This document shows positions 48,629-60,217 of a stretch of DNA of 64,000 nucleotides, piece after piece. A program made the translations under genes and the position numbers. Under the pieces are notes generated by a model, which had not been told where the DNA came from, did not search any database, and was given only the letters and a program-made list of their open reading frames with translations. Numbering within the stretch: position 1 is the first letter of the stretch; each line of letters begins with the position of its first letter. The stretch spans positions 62,001 to 126,000 of the IMG/VR virus record IMGVR_UViG_3300037042_006844; one strand, given 5' to 3'.

Positions 48629-48916
48629 CTGTGCTGATGGAGCGGGACGCTTAGGCTAGTTTCACAACTTCGCTTCGGGCTTTATTGTTACTACCGCTCT
48701 CACCAACAAAGAAAGTATAGCAGGTCCACACGGAAGGGCAAGCCTTTTTTGAAAAAAGTTGCAATTATTTTCAAAATCTATCGAAATGGCTTTGTGGCCA
48801 CAAAGCCCGACACTCGCCGGGCTGTGCTGATGGAGCGGGACGCTTAGGCTAGTTTCACAACTTCGCTTCGGGCTTTATTGTTACTACCGCTCTCACCAAC
48901 AAAGAAAGTATAGCAG
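48629..48916 (-). repeat. 95-bp exact direct repeat x2 (48629-48723, 48822-48916), probable small RNA
   Basis: each begins at a -10 TATACT; 5'/3' ends pair. Confidence 0.8.
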
Positions 48917-49375
48917 ACCACCGGGGCAGTGTCAACAGCTTTCAACATAAAAAGCTGCAATTATTTTATGGCCATGCACCGCACCAAAAATAGCACTCAC
49001 CGCCGCTGAGATCGTTTGTGCTCCCAGCGCATTACAGTGAGTGCCACGAACAGGCACGGAATCAAAATAAAATACACAGCAAGGGTGTCCACCACGCCGC
49101 ACAGGACTTTGGTCATTCTGCTAGTCATTATAGTCATTTCTGAATGTATCTGTCAGCCGTTTGCATTGTTCTGGAGTGAAATATTCAAACTCAACAGTGC
49201 CATACTTGGCATCACTCTCGCCATGCTCGTATGCACCCTCATATGCCATTCTGTCAAGCTCGGCTAGCGGCGGCTTGATTCCAGCATAAATGGGAATGCC
49301 ACAAGCTCCATGTATGTATCCCCTTTCCCAGTAGGGATTCTCGATCAAAGCGTCTTTCAGTTTACTCATATAAAT

Positions 49376-49621
49376 TTAGGATTGTGTTGACCCGGAGAAA
49401 ACCGCTTCCATGAACCGCATTGCATCGCGTTTTGTCCACGACCAGCCCAAAAGCTCGGTTTCACCGATGCCGCGATACAACCGCCACGGGCTTTTGCTGC
49501 CCGGTTCTGCTCCTGGCTTGAAGATCAAACCGACCTCTTTGCCATTGACAGTCAAAACGTGCAGATTGGCAAGGCAACGGCTTTGTTTCTGCTCCCAGTT
49601 AAATTTGGTGCTCGATTTCAT
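49376..49621 (-). CDS. early hypothetical protein
   Basis: own promoter. Confidence 0.55.
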   Translation of the reverse strand: MKSSTKFNWEQKQSRCLANLHVLTVNGKEVGLIFKPGAEPGSKSPWRLYRGIGETELLGWSWTKRDAMRFMEAVFSGSTQS

Positions 49622-49663
49622 TGTGTTAAGATTATATCAGAAATGGCTGGCTGTGTCAATAGC

Positions 49664-49912
49664 CTATTCGCTCAACAAAAACAAACGACGACCATACACC
49701 CGAATCTCGTCCAATGCGACGCTGTCCCATGTGCCGTTCCAAATGTAGGCCTGCCAGCGCATCAATGCGGCAACAGCTTCGATTGTGGTGAACGTGGGCT
49801 TGAAATCTGGCAATGCAAACCCCTCCAGATGTGATTGATCAACGTGTGTCAAATTGGCGTTGCTGCGAGCGAGTTTATAAGCCCGATCAAATTGCGGTTT
49901 CGTCATACCCAA
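49664..49912 (-). CDS. early hypothetical protein
   Basis: own promoter. Confidence 0.55.
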   Translation of the reverse strand: MGMTKPQFDRAYKLARSNANLTHVDQSHLEGFALPDFKPTFTTIEAVAALMRWQAYIWNGTWDSVALDEIRVYGRRLFLLSE

Positions 49913-50024
49913 ATATACTACAGGAATCAGCCACGGATGTCAACAGCAAAATGATAAAAAGCTCTGGCCACAAAAAATCCGCACAGCTTTGCAGCCATGC
50001 GGATATATGTCGGATCAACCTGGG

Positions 50025-50102
50025 CTATATGCCCGCCAAACTGTCATATGTGGCGTAGTTGACCTTGGTGTCATCACTCCAATGCAAGTCTCGCTCAATC
50101 TT
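50025..50102 (-). pseudogene. displaced original 3' end of DUF2958 gene
   Basis: KIERDLHWSDDTKVNYATYDSLAGI* parallels KIERDRYWSPPDKEVEYWKLDSLVGA*. Confidence 0.75.
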
Positions 50103-50192
50103 TTTTCAACTTTTCTAATGTTTTATTTTCTAATGGAATATTTATTAATGGTATGGGAAGAAAAAAACTGAATCGAACAAAGGAAGAATTAA

Positions 50193-50882
50193 ATGCGCTC
50201 AATAGAATTAGACTCCGAAGATATTACGAAAACCATCGTGATGAAATCAAACAAAAAAACCTCAAACGATATTTTGAATCAAAAGAGCGGAGGAATATAC
50301 AAAATAGTAAACAAAATTGATGGTAAATATTATGTAGGGTCCACCAAAAATTTTAGCAGTAGATGGAAAGAGCATGTTTATGATCTAGCTAGAAATATCC
50401 ATCATAACAACTATCTTCAAAATGCGTGGAATAAATATGGTAAAAACAATTTTGCGTTTATCATTGCCGAAAAAATTGATGACATGACAAAACTAAGAAT
50501 GGTTGAACAGACGTATTTGAATATTGCCAAACTAACTGAATCACATGTTTATAATATAAACTGGACATCCAGTGGCGGGAGTCATTTTCTAGGAAAAAAA
50601 CACACAGCGGAAAGTAGACAGAAAATGTCATTGGCCAATAAAGGTAGAGTTATTTCAAATAAAACCAAATTGATCAAAAAAACTCAAAACACAGGAAACT
50701 CTAATCCAAACGCAGATCGTTCAATATATCACTGGAAAAATATATTTACTGGAGAAATATTTGTAGGCTCACGTTATGAGTTCCGTAAAACTCATAACGT
50801 CAGCAAATACAGCGACCGGGATATTATGGATGGTTCTTGTTACAGAACCAAATCTGGATGGACACTAAGCCCCAACCAGTGA
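50193..50882 (+). CDS. GIY-YIG homing endonuclease with NUMOD3 motif
   Basis: GIYKI..YYVGS, HHNNYLQNAWNKYG, GKKHTAESRQKMS. Confidence 0.92.
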   Translation: MRSIELDSEDITKTIVMKSNKKTSNDILNQKSGGIYKIVNKIDGKYYVGSTKNFSSRWKEHVYDLARNIHHNNYLQNAWNKYGKNNFAFIIAEKIDDMTKLRMVEQTYLNIAKLTESHVYNINWTSSGGSHFLGKKHTAESRQKMSLANKGRVISNKTKLIKKTQNTGNSNPNADRSIYHWKNIFTGEIFVGSRYEFRKTHNVSKYSDRDIMDGSCYRTKSGWTLSPNQ

Positions 50883-51173
50883 ATCCAACTTCCAATATTC
50901 AACTTCTTTGTCCGGCGGCGACCAGTAACGGTCTCTCTCAATTTTTAATTGAAATGGTCCTTTGATTGATTCCATCTCTTCAATAGTGGCAATAGAACCG
51001 TGCTCGACACAACCCATGCCCAGGTCGGCGTAGCCGTAGAGAATGCCATCCTCAATGCCAGTGATCAGCCAAGTGGCACTGCCCCACGGAGTGAACAGCT
51101 TGCAAACGGGACGGGTGCCGCGATAACCCGCCTTGACCAACCGCGCTTCGATTTCTTTAGTAAGTAGCTTCAT
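50865..51173 (-). CDS. DUF2958 family protein
   Basis: MKLLTKE..KLFTPWGSATWL...GYADLGMG..E.G...IERD. Confidence 0.85.
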   Translation of the reverse strand: MKLLTKEIEARLVKAGYRGTRPVCKLFTPWGSATWLITGIEDGILYGYADLGMGCVEHGSIATIEEMESIKGPFQLKIERDRYWSPPDKEVEYWKLDSLVGA

Positions 51174-51340
51174 CGTGGTAATAGAATAACATACCCAGGA
51201 GCTGAAGTCAACAGCTATCGTATAAAAAGTGCAATTTATTTTGCTGTGGCCAGGGTTACCGATCGGGAATATTTCGTTCCAAAGCGGCACCAAAACCGTC
51301 ATATGTTACCGCTCGGGAACTTTGCTGACCTCACTGGTTC

Positions 51341-51393
51341 ATGAACTACCCACCCGCTAAAGCAAGTGGATTTTCTGCTCCCACCAATATAAA
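51341..51393 (-). mobile_element. miniature IS200/IS605-derived element (PATE-like)
   Basis: First 29 bp identical to 16093-16121, fused directly to left-end motif. Confidence 0.7.
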
Positions 51394-51497
51394 TATAGCA
51401 GATTTGCCGTCCAGGGCAAGCAATTTCTTATAAATAATCCAGTTTTTTCTGGCCAGAAAGCCCAGCCGAAGCTGGGCGTTGCGGAGCCGATATAGGC

Positions 51498-51704
51498 TCA
51501 GTCCTCGTCGTTGCCAAAGACTTTGTCCTGGCATTTCTGGCACATGCCAGAGATACCATACTCCCGCTCGGAGATGGCATCGCGGAACGTGTCCGCCCGC
51601 CCACCGCAGCAGACGCATCCCTTGCTCGCGATGGCGAGGTCGCGACCCCTCCCGAACAGGGAGAAGGCGAGCTTTTCTTTGAAACTGTCCATGTCGTTCA
51701 TCAT
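51498..51704 (-). CDS. small Zn-finger early protein
   Basis: FRDAISEREYGISGMCQKCQDKVF. Confidence 0.7.
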   Translation of the reverse strand: MMNDMDSFKEKLAFSLFGRGRDLAIASKGCVCCGGRADTFRDAISEREYGISGMCQKCQDKVFGNDED

Positions 51705-52571
51705 GTGTAAAGAATACCAGAACCAACGGTGCGAGTCAACAGCAAAATGCGATTTTTATTATTATTAAAAATTTTCTCTGGCCATGAGCAGAATTTTGAA
51801 GCTCTGCTCTGGCATTGCAATCTAGCGAGGTCCGCCACGAATCACATACTTGATGGCACTGATTGTATTGCTGTTCCACTTGTAAACGTGGGCATCAACG
51901 TCAAGGTTCATGTGAGCAGCCATGTCCCAGGAATCATAGCCGCTGGTGAAGTTTTCAACCGCGATGCGCCGAGCTTTGGGAAACTTCCGCATAGCCGATT
52001 CGATGAGTTCAGAACGTGTTTTCATTGTGACTAAATTGTATCAGAAATGCCGGTAACGTCAAGCCCTTTCAATGAAAAAAGTTCTGGCCACAAGGGCATT
52101 GCCACCACAGCAACGCCCCGCGATGAAATCACATTGAGATGAGATGCAGATGTTTGTCGAAACCGTCGCAATAGCCCATTTTGAAACTGTCCATTGCAAT
52201 CGTATCGTTTTTGCGCTCGACCATGCGATACATGCTCCATCGATCTGGACGAGCATCGAATGAAATATCGGCATCCCGGAGGCCTGCTGCCATGCCGATG
52301 TAAAATATATCGGCGAGAAATTCAAACCGCTTGTCGATCATGTCTATATATTTGCTCATATTCTTATTTTGTCTCTTACCAGCATTCGAGGGCGTAACCC
52401 TCGACATCCGTCTCAAATTTCCGCATTGCCTCCGCAGCAGCTTTCAGCGCAGTATTGCCTTGTGCTCGAATGTGCCATCGTTCTCCGAAGCCATCGACGA
52501 GATACAGAAATGCTCTGTAGTCCCCTGGCATTTTCTCTTGAACTGCCAGCTCAAAAAATTTCAATTTTCCA

Positions 52572-52970
52572 CTATTCATCGACCGCAGCCACCTCGGGCA
52601 CCGGAACTTCCTTTTGCAGCAAAACCGCTTTGCCGTCGGCATAATGCAGAATGGCAATGGGGTCAGTCCACGAATCCCAAGCATCATTAACGTCATTCTG
52701 GACTTGCTTGACGATGTCCGTGACATGCTCACCGAAAGTCACCCGATCATATTGACCCACCCGGTGCCAGCGGCAGCCGCAGCATTTGCAATCCACACCA
52801 GAGGCAACACCGTCGAAATAGATGTCCACCGATTCAGCCCGGGCGTTGGCGAGGTCTGGAGTCTCGGCTTGAATATAGACTCGCCGACACACGTTCGCAT
52901 TCGTGCGGAAAGAACCGCCACTGTTATTTTGCAGAAACAGAAACCAAGGAATGTTGTTCGTCATGTCCAA
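52572..52970 (-). CDS. conserved phage hypothetical protein
   Basis: QNNSGG...IYFDG...DCKCCG.RW. Confidence 0.7.
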   Translation of the reverse strand: MDMTNNIPWFLFLQNNSGGSFRTNANVCRRVYIQAETPDLANARAESVDIYFDGVASGVDCKCCGCRWHRVGQYDRVTFGEHVTDIVKQVQNDVNDAWDSWTDPIAILHYADGKAVLLQKEVPVPEVAAVDE

Positions 52971-53096
52971 ATACTACAGGAACCAGTGGCACAAGTCAAC
53001 AGATTTCGATAAAAAGTGCAAAATAATTCAAAACAGCTGTGGCCACAAAAAAGCCCCAGTCACTCGACTGGAGCTTGAACCGTTATCTGGCTGGGT

Positions 53097-53795
53097 CTAT
53101 ACTGCGACCACAAACCCGCTTGTGTCGCGCTTTGCCTTGCCCTTGGCTTTCAGCCCGACCACCACACCATTAGGATCATTAAACCGCACATCCGAATCAT
53201 CACCGTTAATGACCGGGCGACCGAGATAAGTTGCGGGAAGGGTCTTGCCCGAAAACACCACGGCAACATTCATTCCCATGCTAACCGCTTTGGCAATCAC
53301 CGAGTCATTAGACTCGCTTTTGCTGAACGTGAGATGCAGATTCGCGGGTAATTTCTTCCGCCAGTCGAGCACGGAGGAATCTTTGGTGTAATCGTAGAAT
53401 TGCACGTTGGGGAAAATCTGCATTACATTCTTGCCGTTGAGCAGAACATCTTCCCATCGGATGTCAGATGTGCCATTGAGACGAACCGCAGGAATGAGAT
53501 TCTCCTTGGTTGCCTTTTTGATCAAAGCCGCGATGTCATCCACCAGATCCAGCATAAACTGGGTTTGATCCTTGACGAACCGGACAGTTTTGGCAATCCG
53601 TGCCGCTTTGACGTTCGAGAAGGCACCGCGACCCGCAGTAAACAAACAAGCGGAGCGGCACCCCTTGCTTGCGTGTTTGCAGGTGTTCATCACACCCGAT
53701 TCATCGGAAGGAGCGAGATACAGAATCCCAGTCAATACTCCAACTTTGACTCCCTTAACCGTTTTGGCATCGGCGTTAACAGATAGTAATTTCAT
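53097..53795 (-). CDS. gp88-like (radical-SAM-related) phage protein
   Basis: C...S.GC..AC, RLNGTSD, FYDYTK, HLTFS, GDDSD.RF.D. Confidence 0.75.
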   Translation of the reverse strand: MKLLSVNADAKTVKGVKVGVLTGILYLAPSDESGVMNTCKHASKGCRSACLFTAGRGAFSNVKAARIAKTVRFVKDQTQFMLDLVDDIAALIKKATKENLIPAVRLNGTSDIRWEDVLLNGKNVMQIFPNVQFYDYTKDSSVLDWRKKLPANLHLTFSKSESNDSVIAKAVSMGMNVAVVFSGKTLPATYLGRPVINGDDSDVRFNDPNGVVVGLKAKGKAKRDTSGFVVAV

Positions 53796-55078
53796 CGTTT
53801 TAATAGGATACAGGAACCAAGGGGGCAAGTCAATATCATTATGAATATTTTTGTGGATTTATTTTGCATTCCCCCGCACTTTGTTGTTGACAAACATGCT
53901 GCGCCCGGTCAGGCCCCCCGCGCAGCGCAAGCTGCTGCGCAGCAAGCACTTACGCAAGCGGAGCAGCCGAGCCTAGACAGTGAACGGTGGCTTGTAGGGG
54001 CGATTTGGGGTGACGAATGCGGACGTATTGAAATGCAACGCGTGGCATTCGTTGTAAGCGCGGCGATGCTCATCGGTGCCGTTTACGGCAATGCTGAGCA
54101 TCTCCTTGCTGCGCTCGTCGCCAGTGCTCCAAACCCGATGGTCATCCGACATATAAAAGAACCAGTCGTGGCGGCGGAGGTTTTCCCTATAAGTTTGTAT
54201 ATCGATCATCATTGTAAATATATTACATCACGCAATCGTGACGTGTCAACGCCAGAAACCTGGCCACAAAAAAGGGGCTTTGATATCAAAGCCCCGTGCA
54301 TCGTTCGATATATGTTCAGCAGAATCTAGAACTGCCAGCCGTTCTCGATCAGGCGGCAGCACGAATCGCACTTGTCATAGTGCCGCTGAATCTTGACTTG
54401 CTCGCCGCAAATCTTGCAGGTCTTCCAGACGGAGTTCTGCTCGACGTTGCGCCGAAACGCTTCGGTTTCCTCGTAGTCAGCGGGGTCGCAGTCTTCCCAG
54501 TGACCGTAATTGGAGTCGTAGTAGCTCATATGTATGCCTATCAGTTTACAGGGTTATTGGTGGAAATCAAGAATTTTTTTCAGAAATTTCAATAGTCGTC
54601 GGCGCGGTCTTGACAGTCGTCCTCTCCGGGGAGGTCGAGCATTTTGTCTTCCCGCCAAGTGGTCCCTCCCACGCACACATCGGCTTTGGGATATGCGGCT
54701 ACAGCTTCGGCGAGCGTGTCGAAATCATCGAGCCACTTGCGGCTTGCCCGACCAGCGAGCACGGATGAGCGAGGATATACCCCGTGCTCATACACCGTAA
54801 AAAGGCTGTTGCTGTATGTGTCGCCCCGACCCATCTCAATCGTCTGGTATGTTTTCATCTTGAAAAATTATATCAGATCCACGGTTGACCGCAATAGAAA
54901 TCGACACATTTTATACGATTGTGGATCTTCTTATGATGATGTTAGCATAGCTTATGTCCGCAGGCCCCCCGCGCAGCTTAAGCTGCTGCGCAGCAAGCAC
55001 TTACACAAACACATCGTAGATGTGCAAAAAAGCCGGAGCAGCTTGCGCCACTCCAGCTTGCAATGCCATGCTGGCAGT

Positions 55079-55618
55079 CTAGGCTTTCGCCTTGTAGATG
55101 ACTGCAAGGCGACCCCGCCCACTATCGGTCTTGACTCGCCCGACTTCAATGACCGTGCCAGCTTTGACGAGTTTCTGCAACCGCAGATACAATACTGGCT
55201 GAGTCAAACCAGTCTTGGCGATCAATGCTTTCATGGTGAACTTGCCCCGGGGCAGCACGATCTCTTTGGTGATCTTGCTCTTGCGTCCACGCCGCTTTGG
55301 TTGTCCAGCTTCGCTTTGCAGCTTCGCGACCACATTATCAAACATCACATTGGCTTGCTCCAGAGTTACTGGACTCCATGCACTTTTACCCCATGCAGCG
55401 GCTCCGGGATACTGCTCGTAAGTCACTTCAACTTTCTTGCCATTCGGCAATGGAGTCCCCGCAGCAATCGTCTTGATGACGAACACCTCGTAGTCGTAAT
55501 GTCTGCCGTCCTTCAGACGCTCATACAATGCAACGCCGCTTTCCTTGCGAAGCTGTTTGAAAACTTGATCGCCAGATCGGTCAGCGTTCATCGTAAACTC
55601 TTTTTGTAGCAATTTCAT
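55079..55618 (-). CDS. hypothetical protein with C-terminal winged helix
   Basis: RRGRK linker, wHTH ending GRGR...Y. Confidence 0.65.
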   Translation of the reverse strand: MKLLQKEFTMNADRSGDQVFKQLRKESGVALYERLKDGRHYDYEVFVIKTIAAGTPLPNGKKVEVTYEQYPGAAAWGKSAWSPVTLEQANVMFDNVVAKLQSEAGQPKRRGRKSKITKEIVLPRGKFTMKALIAKTGLTQPVLYLRLQKLVKAGTVIEVGRVKTDSGRGRLAVIYKAKA

Positions 55619-56933
55619 AAGTCTGTTATTATTCCAACACCAAATCAATTTCGTTCAAAAACACCGCATTCCATTTTCCTTCAAGATCCATCACCATCAC
55701 TAATTCTTCTTCGCACAGATCGTATGCAGCGAGCATGAAAGTTTTACTGGTTGAACTGTAGTCCGGGCGATTCCATCTTATGATGGCACCGACTTTCAAT
55801 TTTGAAATATCCATAAAAACTGCTCAATGGCTGTTGCGTTCACTGCGATGCCCGATAGTGCCGAAACCGTAGGCAGTCAAATACTTTCCATCATTCGCAA
55901 CTTTGTGTTCCTCCGGACTCGATTCGACAACGTGATCTTGTAATACGTTGCATTCTTTGTTGATTGCCAACAGAAACGCCATGCGTTCTTTGTATGAGGG
56001 CAAAGGAGTTGAGTTAGAATTATTATTATTGTTGTCGTTCATAAAATGTGTGTTATGTTAAATGTTCTGGTTCTTCATCCATTCATCGGCGCAAGAAATC
56101 CACGCCTCTGGTTCAACCATGCTGTCAGCCATGACATTCCGCAGTTCTTCCCGATTGTCGCACACCTGCTTGGCGTAGCGATGCAATGCTTCCAGCACAA
56201 ACACTTGATGCAAGCTGTTGCTGGACATGTATGCTTTCACAACTTCAATATTGCTTTTGCGCTTTGCTGTTCTCATAGATTTCATCGTTTGGTAATTATA
56301 CAGGAACCGTAGGTGATGTCAATGGAAAAAGAGAGTGGCGATGCCGACAATCAACACACCGAACACTATCCCGGAGAACACGCTCCCCAAAAAGTAGCCG
56401 ACACAAGCGCACACCACCACCAAAGCCAGTGGACGCACATTCAATCGAATGGATTTCATCATTGACCATACTATACAGGACCAGCGTCGCTTTGTCAACA
56501 GCTAACTAGTGGAATCCTGGCCAGCTAAAAAAGCAACAAAAAACCCGCCTTTTGGGCAGGTTTTGTATGCGTTTGGCTGCATTGCAGCTACGATTCGCTA
56601 TAACGCTTGCCGTATTTGGCATGGCGTTTATAGAGCTTTTGGCTCTCCAAACGCCGCATTGCGGGGTTCAACTCACCCCAAGACTTGCGAACCTTGACCG
56701 ACATGGGCTTGATTTTATATGATCGACTCATGCCAATAATTATACAGAACTTTGGAACAATGTCAATCCTGGTTTTCAGACTCATATTCGGACGGCTGAA
56801 CATGAGTTTTCTTGCTGGTGGTCTTGCCGTCTTTGTCGTTTTTACGTTTGCGATCCTGATTGCGATCCCACTTCTTGTGTCCCTTGTTGTCTCTGTAGCT
56901 CTTGCCCATACGATATAGATTCTTATGCCAGTC

Positions 56934-57227
56934 TTATGCTAGACGATAGATATTTGCTGGCTTGCCTCGACCGCCAGTTTTGAGGGTGCTATCCACAACG
57001 TAGCGTCCAGTGCTCACATTGCGAGCCACAAAAGCTCGAATGGTTGGTGATTTCACGGTTGGATTAAGTTTTTCCAGATCAACGATGGAGAATTTTCCAT
57101 CAGAAGTCTCAGTGATGTTGATTGGCTTGCGACCCAGCTTGGCGGGTGTTCGAGTCTTTGCAACCCGAGTGGTTACTGCGACTGTGGTTGTGGTTGGTGT
57201 TGATGTAACTGTATTTGTTGCTTCCAT
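56934..57227 (-). CDS. small winged-helix DNA-binding protein
   Basis: GRKP...GGRGKPANIY. Confidence 0.6.
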   Translation of the reverse strand: MEATNTVTSTPTTTTVAVTTRVAKTRTPAKLGRKPINITETSDGKFSIVDLEKLNPTVKSPTIRAFVARNVSTGRYVVDSTLKTGGRGKPANIYRLA

Positions 57228-57994
57228 ATGTTTGTTTTGTTTTGTTTTCTATCTTCTACAAGTTTATTCTATAATGTGTTTACTGTCAAGAACTTGAATA
57301 TTTTTATTTTGTGATCTTGCTGACCACGGTGTTTCCAAACGAACTGCGAGAGCCATTGCTGTTGTAGGTTTGGTTGGCTGGTTTGTTGTATGTGCCGACT
57401 GGCTTGCCTTTGCTGTCGTAGGCGCGTTCGTTGGTTTCGTCTTCGTTGATGTAGCCCAGATATTCACCCTTGCTACCATACTGGCGTTTGATGTTCATAA
57501 ATTTATATTTTGCTGGCGGGAGAGTTCGCCTTTGCCTTTTTGCTTTTGCGTTTCTCGGACGGCTTGAATGCTGCTGCTTCCGCTGCTATGCGGCTGATCA
57601 CGTCGGCCTGATCCATTCTCTGTTCAATATAGTCTAGAAATTCTCGTATGATGCATGTATCTCGTTTCGTTGCCAAATCTTCTTCAACCGCATTGCGTTT
57701 CCATTTTTGATAGGATTGCAAAACACCGTTGTAAGACTCCTTGTATACCGCTGGTGAGGTCATGTGTTTTTTGGTCACAGATATAAGTATCAAGGATGTG
57801 TTGCCAGATAATAAATTAAAAAGAACAGTGCAGCCATTATGATGGGCACCGCAAATACCATTACCCATCCAACCATTCGGGATGCTGCCAATGCAGATCG
57901 CTTTTCCTCTTCAAATTCAAATTGTTCACGTTCAGTGTCAGTCATATATAAAATGGGGCTTTTTAGCCTAACCCCAAGGACAGTCTGTTGTTGT

Positions 57995-58780
57995 TCAGTT
58001 CCGATACGTTCCGAACGGCAATGGCACAACCTTTGTATCATCGGGGCGAAGCTCCGTCACCAAAGTATTGCCATCCGTCGCGGGATCAACCAGGGCTTCA
58101 CCATCACCACCTGGTTCTGGCAGCACCAGAACATCCACCTCCTCGGTTGCCAGACCCAGAGCTTCACGGGTTTCCTTGCCTTCCTTGCTGTTCCAATCAA
58201 AGAAGATTTCATTAACATCCCCAGTTTCAAAAGTCTGCTCGCCCACGAATCCACCGCCTTCATCGGCAACTTGCTGCCAGAAGCTCAAAGTGGGATACTT
58301 GGCACTTGCAAACAAAAAGAACTCGGTTGCTGGACTCCATGCAGTTTGATAGCCGATTGTGGCTGTTGCAGTTCCGTTGTCACCGTCTGCGATGTCCCAG
58401 CCGGTAGCATCGTAGGCACCCCACTTGGTTCCCCAATTAGTGTTGCACCAGGAATACCAATCGGCACTACCATGCTCTGCCATTAGAGCATCATACTGTT
58501 CTTTGGTGATGCCGATACCCCAAGGTTTAGCCTCGGTGAGCGAATAGGCATCGAGTTTGCCCTCGGCTTTCAGCGTATTGTAAGCATCCCATAACGCAGC
58601 AATTTCCTCGGCGGTCTGGATTTTGGCTGGAGCAGATGTGCCAACCAACGCTTCTGGCATGGGATGCACACTTTGAAAATTGAATGTATTGTCTGGATCC
58701 TGACTGACCGCATTCACGAACCGTTCAACGTCGAGCTTGGGACCAGTAATCACAAGGTTGGTGCTAACATGATTAGGCAT
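57995..58780 (-). CDS. DUF1281/YubB ferredoxin-like domain protein
   Basis: MPNH..., WYSW..NWGTKW, TAWSP. Confidence 0.8.
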   Translation of the reverse strand: MPNHVSTNLVITGPKLDVERFVNAVSQDPDNTFNFQSVHPMPEALVGTSAPAKIQTAEEIAALWDAYNTLKAEGKLDAYSLTEAKPWGIGITKEQYDALMAEHGSADWYSWCNTNWGTKWGAYDATGWDIADGDNGTATATIGYQTAWSPATEFFLFASAKYPTLSFWQQVADEGGGFVGEQTFETGDVNEIFFDWNSKEGKETREALGLATEEVDVLVLPEPGGDGEALVDPATDGNTLVTELRPDDTKVVPLPFGTYRN

Positions 58781-59362
58781 AATATATTGTATTTTCTGTG
58801 TTTTCTGTGTTTTCTGTTCTACCGTCTAAATTAAGAATAAGGGATATTGTTAGGATGTCAACTTTGAAAATCAATCGACATCAGGATCGGCATCGATGTT
58901 AATCCGTGTAAATAGATTATCAGGCAGAAAATAAATAGTTTCGCGACTCTCGTCGAAATCGTGAGTGATGCCAAGGCTGTGAGTAGCGTCAGCCATAGTG
59001 ATCGGCTTTTCAGAAACCAGTTCATACAGAGCTGGTTTCTGCGATCCGGACCATAAAACCGCCGCCAGTTGTCGAAATTGTGGTGTAGTCATATATAAAA
59101 ATATCAGACATTGCTGTTCAGATCATCCGCGAGGTCGTGGTTGATCTCGAAAGAACCATGCACATATCCGCCATCCTCCGGCAAATTGCCATCCTCTGCC
59201 TCGGCACACGCATCCTCGTAAGTAGAAGCAAAAATTACCATATCCGCAGTCATCGTCCACGAAACGGGAATGATGAATTGTTTGAGTTTCGGTGTATCAG
59301 TAGTCATATCAGTCATATAAAAAGTGTAAGGGATATTGTTAAAATGTCAATAGCTGGTGTTC

Positions 59363-59710
59363 TCAATCAAAAATATTTCCGCCATCGCTCGACAGTTCGA
59401 TCCAGGGATTGTGCTTGCGAGCGAGCTTGAGCACTTCCACCACAACGGCATCGTAAGGCTTTCCGCGAGTCTTGCAACAATCAAAATCGATGGATTTGCG
59501 GTAAATGCAACACGTTTCGCAGCCGTCAGCCCCCTCGCCATTGAAATACAAACTGCCAAGCTCCACAGTGGGCTTTGTGCCCGGTTCTCTCAGACCGTTC
59601 ACGATTGGCACCGTGCTACGATCAAATACAGCTTGAGCATCCGCCAAAAACGCTTTCCATTGCTCATCGGTGAATGCCTTGCGCGATTTCCAGTAATGTG
59701 TGTATCCCAT
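59363..59710 (-). CDS. conserved phage hypothetical protein
   Basis: MGYTHYW...FNG...CKTRGKPYD...SSDG. Confidence 0.7.
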   Translation of the reverse strand: MGYTHYWKSRKAFTDEQWKAFLADAQAVFDRSTVPIVNGLREPGTKPTVELGSLYFNGEGADGCETCCIYRKSIDFDCCKTRGKPYDAVVVEVLKLARKHNPWIELSSDGGNIFD

Positions 59711-59782
59711 AAAATTGTTGAATGTAGTGGTTATTTGGGGCTTTTTGACCTGACCCCAAGGTTCTCCTTGGCGATCCAAAAC

Positions 59783-60217
59783 TCAAGCTGCAACCGCAGT
59801 GGACTCAACCGCAGAGGTTGCCTTGGTCTTGGAAAGATTCGCCCGATTGGCAGTCAGCACTCGGGTATTGATGAACAAATGAGCGGGCTTGCCCTTCTTA
59901 CCAGAGGTAACAGTCTTGGCAAGCTTGGTGAACTGCCCAGTCTTGACTCCCTCCAGAATGTGCTTGCGAACGGTGAGCTTGTTCACGCCAGCGTTCAGGG
60001 CGACCACATCTCGCATGGCGAAAGTCTTGTTGAGGATCAACTTCAACTCTGCCTTGGGGCGACCAACAGCACGCTTCACACCCTTCTTGCCCTTGACCTT
60101 ACCCTTACCCTTGCCCTTGGACTTGGACGGCTTGACTGCCACAGTGGGCAATACGGCATTGGCGGTAACATCCGCAACAGCAGCGGTCACGGGCAGAACA
60201 TTGGAATCAGAATTCAT
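59783..60217 (-). CDS. basic winged-helix DNA-binding protein
   Basis: Lys-rich, GRPK, GKKGKPAHLF. Confidence 0.6.
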   Translation of the reverse strand: MNSDSNVLPVTAAVADVTANAVLPTVAVKPSKSKGKGKGKVKGKKGVKRAVGRPKAELKLILNKTFAMRDVVALNAGVNKLTVRKHILEGVKTGQFTKLAKTVTSGKKGKPAHLFINTRVLTANRANLSKTKATSAVESTAVAA

